From Prorocentrum cordatum (lineage: Eukaryota): a stretch of 64,000 bases of DNA. The stretch is taken from NCBI GenBank assembly GCA_963575745.1, contig CAUYUJ010000092.1, positions 248,001 through 312,000 of the forward strand, read 5' to 3'. Position 1 is the first letter of the stretch. Every line of letters begins with the position of its first letter. Positions 52,992 through 64,000 of this stretch are shown one piece after another. A model generated the notes under the pieces. That model searched no databases. It was not told the origin of the DNA and saw only the letters and a program-made list of their open reading frames with translations. A program made the translations under genes and the position numbers.

Positions 52992-53920
52992 GTATCATCA
53001 TCATCATCTTCATCATCATCATCATCACCATCATCATCATCAGTATCATCATCATCATCTTCATCTTCATCTTCATCATCGTCATCATCATCGTAGTCGC
53101 CATCGTCATCATGGTCATCATCAGCATCGTCATCATCGTCGTACCCGTCATCATGGCCATCGTCAGCAGCAGCACCAGCAGCAGCGTCATAATCAGTATA
53201 ATCACCTCCTCCTCCTCCTCCTCCTCATCCTCCTCCTCCTCCTCCTCCTCTGCCTCCTCCTCATCATCATCCTCGTCGTCCTCCCGCTCAGCACCATCAC
53301 CCTCTTAATCCTCCTCATCATCGTCATCCTCATCCGCCTCCGCATCATCCCCCTCGTCCTTCTCCTCCCCCTCCTTTTCCACCCCCTCCTCATCCTCCTT
53401 ATCATCATCATCATCAGCATCATCATCATCACCAGCATCAGCATCAGCATCAATAACACCAGCATGAGCATCATCATCATCATCATCCTCGCTCCTCCTC
53501 GCCAGTCCTCGCTCCTCCTCGCGCCTACTCGCTGCTCTCTCATCCTCGCTCCTCCTCCCTTATCCTGCTTCCTCCTCCCTCCTCCCTCCTCCTCCTCCTC
53601 CTCATCATCCTCCCCCTCCTCCTCAACATTATCCTCCTCGTCGTCAACCTCCTCATCATCACCTCCTCCTCCTTCTCCGCCGCGTCCTCCCCCATCGGTG
53701 TCATCATTCGTCTTCGTCTTCGTCGTCGTCGTCGTCGTCGTCGTGGTCGCCATCATCATCATCACCATCACCATCGGCATCATCGGCTTCATCGTCGTCG
53801 TGGACGTCGTCGCCACCATCACCGTCATCCTCATCATCATCTTCATCATCATCATCATCATCATCAGCATCATCATCATCATAATCAGCATCATAATCAT
53901 CATCGTCATTATCATCATCG
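52628..53920. repeat. compound (CAT)n/(CCT)n/(CGT)n low-complexity tract with an internal duplication
   Basis: About 52770-52955 is repeated at about 53088-53298. Confidence 0.92.
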
Positions 53921-54259
53921 TCCAAGGCCCTAAGGCACCCACTCTCCGAACCCACAATCCCAGAGACCCGAGAACAACGAGAAAAAACAATCCTTAAACT
54001 AATATTAATGATAATATTGAACAAATACGTACCCTAGTGCTCTGGGGCCGCAATACTCCAAGACAATAGTGCAATAAACCGTATACAATAAAACTCCAAG
54101 GGGCCTGCACATTGAAAGCCAAGCTTCAAAAGCCCGAAAGCTTAACACACCCAAACACCCAACACTTTGAACGCTACAGCCCCCATGCGTGTGACAAGCC
54201 CTATACCCGAGAACCATAGAACATACACGCACCCAACCCGATCACATAAAACCGCCCAC

Positions 54260-55080
54260 AGAGACGTCGAAATTCGTAACATTTTTGTTGCGTGTTGACC
54301 TTTTGTGCAATTTGTACTCTCCAAGGTGAGCTCGGAAAGCCTTGCGCGTGCTCGATCATTTTCCCAATTCAAGGATCGCCCAGAAGGTACAGCGTTCACC
54401 GATGGTAAAAATATCTTCCCTCCCCCTCTCCTCCTCCCCCGCCTCCTCCTCCTCCTCCTCGTCCTCCTCCTTTTCCTCCTATTCACCCTGTTCCTGTTCC
54501 TCCCCACCCACAGCCGGCAGAAAAAATAGAGAGCGCCACCCGCAGAGACATAATCTGAATTAGTTTCGGCGAGCATTTTGACAACATCGTAACACCGAAA
54601 TTCGTGACATTTTCGTTGCGTGTTGACCTGTTGTGCAATTTATACTCTCCAATCTGGGCTCGGGCACCCTTGCGCGTGCCCAGACATTTTTTTCCAACAC
54701 AGGATCGCCCACAAGGTACGGCAGTCAACGATGGTAAAAATATTTCCCCTGCTCTCAACTTTGTCCTCCTTATTGTCCTTCTCATAATCATCCTCGTTAC
54801 CCTCCTCCGCCTCCCCCTCCTCCTCCTCCTCCTCCTCCTCCTCCTCCTCCTCCTCTCCTCCTCCGCCTCCTCCTCCTATTCACCCTTTTCCTGTTCCTCC
54901 CCGCCCACAGCCGGCAGAAAAATTGCGGAGCGCCGCCCACAGAGACATGATCTGAATTAGTTGCGACGAGCATTTTGACAACATCGTAACACCGAAATGC
55001 ATGACATTTTCGTTGCGTGTTGACCTGTTGTGCAATTTGTACTCTCCAAACTAAGCTCGGAAACCCTTGCGCGTGCCCAG
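54260..55080. repeat. tandemly repeated dispersed-repeat unit (320-420 bp), with related copies at 46080-46330
   Basis: Recurring ccgaaattcgtgacattttcgttgcgtgttgacc and cacagccggcagaaaa...atctgaattag. Confidence 0.8.
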
Positions 55081-55315
55081 TGCGAACCCGCAGTCCCGCA
55101 TTACAGCCCAGAGGGTGAGAACACACAACGCAACTTTTCAAAGAAAAGCCACAATACATGATGCCTACTACCGAAGCACTTAAAACCGATTCGTCCTCCC
55201 CATCTCCTGGTTATAATAATTATCCTTACGTCTCTCCTCCTCCTTCTATTCCCCTCCTTTTCCTGATTGCCTTCCTCCTTCGCCCCTTTCCAATCGCGAT
55301 GAACCATTACAGAAC

Positions 55316-55665
55316 CTACCCATGATCAAATGAAGTCTCCGCCAGTCCACGTAGAACTGTGACGCGGTTTATTTTCTCCCAATTGAGAGCGAGACTCTTC
55401 TGCGGCCTGTTGGCCCCGAGACGATATTGTTGCAAGATCCTAAGATGCCAGGTGCCACGGATTCCCACAGCGGAGATGGCCGCAGGCCATATGATAAAAG
55501 AGCCACAAACGAGACCGACACATGAACGAGTCTCGCACTGGTCTGTGGATTTCTCAGCCGCTGTCCGAAACTGCACTGGTAGATGCCGATTCCCGAACCC
55601 ATACAGATTAGTATTTGGAGCAACTAGAGCCGAACGAAATCCGCCAACGCATGTGTAGCACAAAG
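55316..55665 (-). CDS. middle exon/fragment of a TET-associated glycosyltransferase-like protein
   Basis: ALVAPNTNLYGF...VGLVCGSF resembles the PxxNxF...LxxxxGxF segment. Exon borders are not resolved. Confidence 0.4.
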
Positions 55666-55679
55666 CGGCTGTGAGCACA

Positions 55680-55801
55680 CGACCGACGACCCACGACCAA
55701 CGACCGACGACCGACGACGACGACGACGACGACGACGACGGACGACGACGACGACGACGATCGAGAACGACCCACCACGACCGACGACGACCGATGACGA
55801 C

Positions 55802-55840
<39 letters not shown>

Positions 55841-55875
55841 ACGACGACGACAGCGACGACGACGACGACGATGAC
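55680..55875. repeat. (GAC)n microsatellite
   Basis: Direct observation. Confidence 0.95.
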
Positions 55876-55929
55876 GAGGAAAGCGAGGGACTGCAGCTCC
55901 CTGCTCCGACCGAGAAGCCCCGTTTCCCC

Positions 55930-56361
55930 TCTCCGACCTCCGGAACGCCAAAGGCTACTGAATATTGCCGCATTGTCAATAACATTGCGGAGCTCTTTGG
56001 TGGACAAATCGTAAAACCGAATGTTTTTGATATTATCATCAAACCTCACATACCTTGCCCCCTTGGGGCAGACGAAATCTATAAAGCAATCGACGTTGTT
56101 AGCACCAGATGGTCCCCTCAGAATCTTGGACGCCCAAACGGTGCCCGCGAGCTCGGATCTATATTTCCCCTCTGCGAAGTCTGTGTCATCGTCAGTGCAA
56201 ACAATAAATGCTTTTGAAATCCAAGCAGCAGTATACACGGATTCCAAGATCAATAACGTCTTCGTGAAGATTTCAGCCGCACGCCCGAAAGTGCGAACAA
56301 AAGTGAATGGAGCCGAGCCGCCACTCTGCTGCCGCACGCGGCGGCGAGCAGCCGCTACCAT
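55930..56361 (-). CDS. N-terminal exon/fragment of a TET-associated glycosyltransferase-like protein (GT-A fold)
   Basis: FVRTFGRAAEIFTKTL...GANNVDCFIDFVCPKGARYVRFDDNI resembles the SYxR...KTL...RNFI...PxG...DDDI pattern, including the DxD-like motif. Confidence 0.55.
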
Positions 56362-56894
56362 GTTTTTTTCTCAGCCGTATTCGGTCCAGCCTCTGCCCAG
56401 GGCATCTGCCTGCGAGCAGGCATAGCTCCCTACAAGTATACCTTGACGAAGTTTCAATTCAACGTGAAACCTCGAGCCAAAACTAAGACAGTACGAGAAG
56501 CCTCCGGAAAAGACAACACAGAAACAATTAAAAGGCTCCGCTCCACCCACAAGATATCCCTAAGAGAAACCCACAGGACTCCAAATACTGCCTCCTGAAA
56601 GTGGCACTGCTGATTCCGCGACGCGCATGCTTTGTATTCGTCACTATCGTGGTGCACTCCCTGAGGCACCGTGCCAAAATTTTTTGGAAAGTCCTCTTCC
56701 GACTGTGCGCGGCCTCTTTGTGTTCCCCGCGCTAAGCCGTTAGAAGCAGGACCGCGCGCGAGCGCCTTCCATTCGCTAGATGGCGGCTCGCCAGTCCGAA
56801 TATATTGCGCCAGCATTGGTTCCTACATTATGGGAGGCATGATGGGAGTGGGCGAGGCCCGCTGACTCGGTCGACCTGGCAAACTCGATCCTCC

Positions 56895-57612
56895 CTCATC
56901 ATGACAATCATCACCCTCATCATCATCATCAGCATCATCAGCATCGTCAGCATCAGCATCATCATCATCAGCCGCATCATCATCAGCATCATCAACATCA
57001 TCATCATCATCAGCATCATCATCATCAGCAGCAGCATCAGCAGCATCAGCATCCTCATCATCACCATCATCAGTAGTAGCATCATGATCACCACCACCTC
57101 AATCATCAGCATCATCAGGATCATCATCATCGTTTCTATCAGCAGAATCATCATCAGTATCATCATCATCAGCATCACCACCACCATCATCAGCATGTTC
57201 ACCATCATCACAGGCAGCAACAACAACAATAGCATCATCAGCAGCATCAGCATCAGCATCTGCGTTAGCATCACAATCATCAGTATCGGAATCGTCAGCA
57301 TCAAAAAGATCACAATAGTTATACATAATGTTCACCGCAATCAAAATATTAATCAGCATCATCCGTATGTTCATCCTCATCCGTATCATCACCATCATGG
57401 CATCGCCACCAGCATCGCCATCATTATCGCCCCCAGCATCATCAGCATCATCAGTATCATCATCAGCATGATCAACAGCATCCTCATCCTCACCATCGCC
57501 AATGTCATCGTCACCGTTATCAGCATCAGCATCAGCATCACCATCATCATCAGCATCATCGGCACATTGATCATCATCATCATTGTCACCACCACCACCA
57601 CCATTTTCATCG

Positions 57613-57652
<40 letters not shown>

Positions 57653-58020
57653 TATCAACATCATCATCATCATCAGCATCATCATCATCATCAGCATCAT
57701 CATCATCGTCACCATCAGCATCAGCTTCATCATCCTCGTCATCGTCATCAGCATCAGCATCAGCATCAGCATCCGCATCAGCATCCGCATCAACATCAGC
57801 ATCATCATCATCAGCAGCAGTATCATCATCATCAGCATCATCATCATCATCACCATCATCATCATCATCCTTATCCGCGCCATCGTCATCATCATCATCA
57901 GCATCATCCCCACCACCATCAGCATGATCATCAGCATCATCATCATCAGCAGCATCACCATCACCATGATCATCATCATCATCAGCAGCAGCAGCAGCAG
58001 CATCAGCATCAGCATCATCG
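56895..58020. repeat. (CAT/CAG)n degenerate microsatellite
   Basis: Direct observation. Confidence 0.95.
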
Positions 58021-59599
58021 TCACCCCCCCCCTGCGCCCACCACGCACGTGAGATGAGAAGGCAGAGGAGGAGGAGGAGGAGGAGGAGGAGGAGGAGGAA
58101 GAAGGGGGTTGAGGCGAGGTGGGAGAAGCAGGAGGAGGAGATAGAGGATGGGGAGTAGCTGGAGGCTGGCGCACGTTTGAAGAACGTTGACGTTGATGTT
58201 CGGCGGACCTCACGGGCAAAGAACCATCCTAACAGTTGCATGCCAGGACCCAGCGCGAGAGCCAGGTCCACATCACGTTGCCCAGCGGACCCTCGGAGAC
58301 AAGGAAAGACCACAAGCCATTGGAGACCTGCAAGTTGGCACCACCACCAAGATTTCGGTGGTGATGTTAATCTCTCGGCCACCTAAGAGGCCCGAATACG
58401 ACAAATCATCACCGAGATGAAGATCATCTCTCCTCGGTGGAGGCGTGCGCGCCCCGGGGGTGGCGCCCAGACCCCGGGGCCCTGTCCCCCCTGTTTTCTC
58501 GGCCTGCGGGCCACGGGGCTCTCGACGCGGCGCAGCCGAGGGAGAGCAACCGGGGCCCCCGAGGAGGAAAGCATCTGAGACCGCCAACACGACGTCCAGA
58601 CCTAACCGCAGCCATCGCCATCGTCGCCGCCGCCGTCGTCGCGAGCGTCGCCGCCGGCGTCGGCAGCCACCGTGATCGTCGTCGTCACCATCGGTGTCAG
58701 CATCGGTGTCGGCACCGCCACGCCCACCCTCTCACGGCCGATTGGCACCCCCCCTTCTCACACACAACATGATCGTCGATGTGATCAAGGTTTTTTGCCT
58801 TTTGTTCCTCAGGCTGCGCTCGGCCTCCTGGCATCGCTGCCGCTGGGCTGGTCTGCCTGCGTGTGGCTGTGTAACGTGGGGGGTCCAGATATCCCAGAAA
58901 CCGAACCAAAGGGGACGAGGAGATCCAATGTGTGATCACAACATGCGACGGAAGACACTAACCCTGCGGAAAGTCCGCGCGAGCCCTGCACAATCCTCGG
59001 ACTGCCTCTATTGCACAGCATGCGCAAACAGTTTCCCACGAGAGAACAGATGCGTCGATGTTCCTGGAGAGGGCAACCCACAACAAATCTGCGCATGCCC
59101 TGCAAGTCATCTGTTGGTTCGGACAAGTGTTCCGTGCTCCTGATGGTGTTCCTACGCGCCGACGGCTGCGCCACTGGTTGCGGCTTTGCACTGGAGACGG
59201 TACCACGCACAACTATCGGGACAAGCCCTCTACGAAGCACCCCGAGAGCACCGACAAGCGATGCAGGGGCTAGACCAACAACAATAAGCGCAACCATCCC
59301 GATCATACTCCTCGTGTGTGTGTGTGCTGGCTTTCCTTCTCGACCCCCCACTCCTCATGTATCTGTCCAATCGCATCCCAAAATCTACTCATTACATTTG
59401 GTCCTTATCATCACATCAACATACTCAGGCAGCGAAACATGCACGCCGAATGAATTACGCAGAGCACGTCATTAAATTATTAAAGTCGCTCTTAGAGAAA
59501 ACCTGTTGAGTATTGGGTGCCCTTGAACACGCCCTGCCACCCCGACACCCTTACACCCCAACACACCAACACACTAACACCCTAACACATTAACACCCG

Positions 59600-61510
59600 A
59601 GTACTCTAGCAGAGCAGAATCATTCTGCCGAAGAGAGCACAGCAGTGGAGTTCGCAGAGAACGTATGTAAATGTACGCGCGTACGTAAAATGTCATAAAT
59701 TTCGTAAATTGCAGAGATCGTCGAAATGTCGCTGGCAGCGTCGGCACATGTGCTCGCGCATGGACATTTCGAAAGTGTCGAGATTTACCTAGCATAGCAA
59801 GGACATTCTGCCGGAGAGAACACATGTCGCTGGCAGCGTCGGCACATGTGCTCGCGTATGGAAATTTCGTACGTTTTGAATTTTGCCTAACAGAACATTG
59901 ACATTCCCCCGGAGGGAACAGAGCTGTGGAGTTCGCAGAGAACGTCAGTAAATTTACGCGCGTACGTAAAATTCGTAAACTTCGTAAATTTCGGAGATCT
60001 CGTAAACTGCGCAGAGAGCGTAATTACATCCGCTCGCTTATTGGAATGTGGCAAAGTCCGGGCAGAGCAGAAGCATTCTGCCGAAGATTTCACAGCAGTG
60101 GAGTTCGCAGAGAACGAAAGTAAATTAACGCGCGTACGTAAGATGCCGTAAATTTCATAAATTCCGGAGATCGTCAAAATTTCGGTGGCAACGTCGGCAC
60201 ATGTGCTCGCGTACGGAAATGTCGGCAAATTCGAAATTACCCTAACAGAGCATGTACATACTGCCGGAGAAAACACGCTGTGGAATTCGTAGAAGGATAG
60301 ATAAATTAACGCGCGTACGTAAATTTTGAAAATTTCGTAAATTTCGTAAATCTAGTAAATTGCGCAGAGAGCGTGAGCAAGTCTCCTTGCGCATTGGAAG
60401 TTCACAAAGTACAAAAAGACCCCGGCAGAGCAGGCCGAAGCTTTCACAGCAGTGGAGTTCGCAGAGAACGTAAGTAAATTCACGCGCGTACGTGCATTTC
60501 GTAAATGTCGTAAATTCCGGAGATCGTCGAAATGTCGCTGACTGCGTCGGCACATGTGCTCGCGTATGAAAATTTCGCAAGTTTCGAGATGTCTAGCAGA
60601 GCAGAAACATTGTGCCGGAGAGAACGCAGCTGTGGAGTTCACAGAGAACGTAAGCAAATGTGCGCGCGTACGTCAATTTCGTAAATTTCGTAAATTTCGT
60701 AAATCTCGTAAATGGCGCGGAGAGCGTGAGCAAATCTCCTCGCGCATGCGAAGTTCGCAGAGTACGAGAAAGCCCCAGCAGAGCAGAAGCATTCGACCTA
60801 AGAGAGCACAGCAATGGAGTTCGCCTAGAACGTAAGTAAATTTGCGCGCGTACGTGAATTGCATAAATTTGGTAAACTCTGGAGATATTCGAATTTTCGC
60901 TAGCAGCATCGGCACATGTGCGCGCGTATGGCAATTTCGAAAGTGTCGAAATTTGCTTAACAGAGCAAGGACACTCTGCCGGAGAGAAGACAGCTGTGGA
61001 GTTCGCGGAGAACGTCAGGAAATGCACGCGCTTACGTAAATTGCGCAAATTTCGGAAATGTCGCAAATTTCGAAAATTGCGCAGGGAGCGTGAGCAAATC
61101 TACTCGCGCATTGCAAGTTCGCAATATACACATAGACCCCAGGTGAGCAGAAGCATTCTGCCGAAGAGAGCACAGCAGTGGAGTTCGCAGAGAACGAAAG
61201 AAGATTTACGCGCGTACGTTAATTTCGTAAATTTCGAACATTTCTCAAATATCGCAGACAGCGTAAGTAAATCTGCGCGCGTATGGGAATTTCGCAAGGG
61301 ACAAGAAGTTCGAAGCAGAGCAGAAACATTCTGCCGAAGAGAGCACAGCAGTGAAGTTCGCAGAGAACGAGAGTAAATTTACGCGCTCACGTAAATTTCG
61401 TAAATTTCGCAAATTCCGTAAATTCCGTATATTTCGCAAATGCCGCAGAGTGCATAAGTAAAGCCGCGCGCTTATGGGGATTTCGCCCAGTGCAAGAAAG
61501 CCACAGCAGG
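59600..61510. repeat. diverged ~180-bp satellite, about 10 copies
   Basis: tggagttcgcagagaacgtaagtaaattt.cgcgcgtacgt followed by aaatttcgt sub-repeats at ~175-182-bp spacing. Confidence 0.9.
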
Positions 61511-61619
61511 ACATAATTATTCACTGCGTGGGGATCCCCATATGTGCATCTCCTTGCTGGCGCTCCCTTGGTGGTGGGACTCGGTGAGGACGAATCTGGA
61601 TTTAAGTGTGACTGAGCTG

Positions 61620-61802
61620 CCTCTCTCTCTCTCTCTCTGCTCTCTCTGTCTCTCTCTCTCTCTCTGCCCTCTCTCTGTCTCTGCCTCTCTTTCCCTGCCT
61701 CTCTCTCTCTCTCTCTGCCTCTCTCTCTGCCTCTCTCTCTCTGCCTCTCTCTCTCTCTCTGCCTCTCTCTCTGTGCCTCTCTCTCTCTGCCTCTATCTCT
61801 GC

Positions 61803-61835
<33 letters not shown>

Positions 61836-61867
61836 CTCTCTTCTCTCTATTCTCTCTCTGCTCTCTC

Positions 61868-61900
<33 letters not shown>

Positions 61901-61938
61901 GCTCTCTCTCTTCTCTTCGCTTCTCTCTCTTCTCTCTC

Positions 61939-61992
<54 letters not shown>

Positions 61993-62003
61993 TCTCTCCC
62001 TCG

Positions 62004-62039
<36 letters not shown>

Positions 62040-62080
62040 TCGCTCTCTCGCTCTCTCTTGCTCTCTCTCGCTCTCTGTCG

Positions 62081-62121
<41 letters not shown>

Positions 62122-62187
62122 GCTCTCTCTCGCTCTCTCTCGCTCTCCCTCGCTCTCTCCCGCTCTCTCTCTCTCTCTCTCTCTCTG

Positions 62188-62263
<76 letters not shown>

Positions 62264-62278
62264 TCTCTTCGCTTCTCT

Positions 62279-62312
<34 letters not shown>

Positions 62313-63087
62313 CCCCCCCCCTCTCTCTCCACTTTCTCTCTCTCTCTCTCTCTCCTCTCTCTCCCTCTTCTNNNNNNNNNNNNNNNNNNNNNNNNNNNNN
62401 NNNNNNNNNNNNNNNNNNNNNNNNNNNNNNNNNNNNNNNNNNNNNNNNNNNNNNNNNNNNNNNNNNNNNNNCCCCCCCCCTTTGCCGCCCCCGAGTTCTG
62501 GCGTGCGAGAAACCGATGTACCCAACTGCTATGTGCGAGAGATCTCTCCTCCACGGGATCTCCAGGGAGCGGGGCCCAGCTCCAAAAACATGGTATACGT
62601 CAACGCAGCTGTCCTTTCGCTGCGCGAGATGGGATAAAAGTTTAACGCGCAACGGGAAATTCAACTACCAGCCTCGAACTTATTTTTACCCCTAAGATTG
62701 ACACGCCAGAAGGCGATGACAATCTTAGGGATGCGCCCTCAAAAATTATTCACTGCGTGGGGATCCCCATATGTGCATCTCCTTGCTGGCGCTCCCTTGG
62801 TGGTGGGACTCGGTGAGGACGAATCTGGATTTAAGTGTGGACTGCAGCAGGCCTCTACTCTCTGCTAACTCAGTCTGCTCTCAATCTGTCTCTCCTCTCC
62901 TCTCTCCTTCCAAGTGCCCTCTCGAGCGAGGCTCCTGCATCTCGTTCCTGACTCTCTTTCTCCTCGGGACTCTGAGCTCTCTCTCTGCCACGAGTCTCTT
63001 CTCTGTCGTCTCTCGTCTCTCACTCATTTCTGGCTCTCTCTTATCTGTGCCTCACTCTTCTTTTTCTCTGCCTACTACACTCGAGGC

Positions 63088-63118
<31 letters not shown>

Positions 63119-63232
63119 CTCTCTTCCCTCTATTCTCTCTCTGCTCTCTCCTCTCTCTCTCACCCTCCCTCTCTCTCTCTCTCGCTCGCTCTCTCTCTTC
63201 TCTTCTCTTCTCTTCTCTTCTCTCTCTCTCTA

Positions 63233-63265
<33 letters not shown>

Positions 63266-63274
63266 TTTCCCTCG

Positions 63275-63307
<33 letters not shown>

Positions 63308-63359
63308 TTCGCTCTCTCGCTCTCTCTTGCTCTCTCTCGCTCTCTGTCGCTCTCTCTCG

Positions 63360-63415
<56 letters not shown>

Positions 63416-63694
63416 CTCACTCGCTCTCTCTCGCTCTCTCTCGCTCTCTTATATCTCTCTCTTCTCTTCTTTTCTCTTCGCTTCTCTCTTCTTCTCCTCT
63501 TCTCCTCCTCTTTCTCTCTCCTACTCTTCTCTCTTCTTCTCTCTCTCTCTCTCTCTATCTCTCCTCTACTTCCCCCTCTCCCCCCATCCCCGTCCCTCCC
63601 CCACTCTCTCTCCCCCCTCCTCCCTCCCACCCCCTCACCTCTTCACTCTCCTGGTCCTCCCCCCTCTTCGCTCTCTCTCCCCCTCTCTCCTCTC

Positions 63695-63735
<41 letters not shown>

Positions 63736-63802
63736 CTCTCTCGCCCCCCCCCCCCACCACCCCCCCCCTCTCTCTCCGTTTCTCTTCTCTCTTCTCTTCT
63801 CG

Positions 63803-63833
<31 letters not shown>

Positions 63834-63928
63834 CTCTCCTCTCTACTCTCTCTCTCTTCTCTTCTATCTTCTAATCTCTCTCCTCTTTTCTCTCCTATCT
63901 TTCTTCTTCTCTTCTACCTTTTCTCTTT

Positions 63929-63990
<62 letters not shown>

Positions 63991-64000
63991 CTTCTCTCTT
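61620..64000. repeat. (CT)n tracts either side of an assembly gap
   Basis: 61620-62371 and about 63088-64000. Confidence 0.95.
62372..62471. other. scaffold gap (100 N)
   Basis: N run. Confidence 1.

Overview
Repeat-dominated, GC-rich eukaryotic DNA. The composition and element content suggest a dinoflagellate-like protist, but this is inference. No intact cellular gene is visible. (1) 1-12853: a cluster of tyrosine-recombinase (DIRS/Ngaro/PAT-type) retrotransposons. It holds the 3' half of one element, a near-complete degraded element with A1-gag-RT/RH-YR-B1-A2-B2 split direct repeats, and two ~600-bp non-coding mini units. All share a palindromic att-like junction (ATRTTTTC/ATGRTTTTC ... 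~28-34 nt ... GAAAAYMAT). One mini unit cleanly interrupts the RNase H without a target duplication. (2) ~21.0-23.6 kb: a degraded Penelope-like retroelement with an N-terminal GIY-YIG motif. (3) 31.9-33.5 kb: a Helitron/Helentron-like relic carrying an 89-bp tandem array. (4) 35097-40982: a very young Ty1/copia LTR element (131-bp LTRs, GAAAC TSD, one in-frame TGA) with a SAP-like insert and a hydrophobic C-terminal extension. (5) 41-56 kb, minus strand: degraded coding fragments including a transposase-like relic and a split TET-associated (base-J-type) glycosyltransferase-like gene. (6) Many micro- and minisatellites and a 100-N gap. All protein family calls come from motifs recognised by eye and need HMM confirmation.
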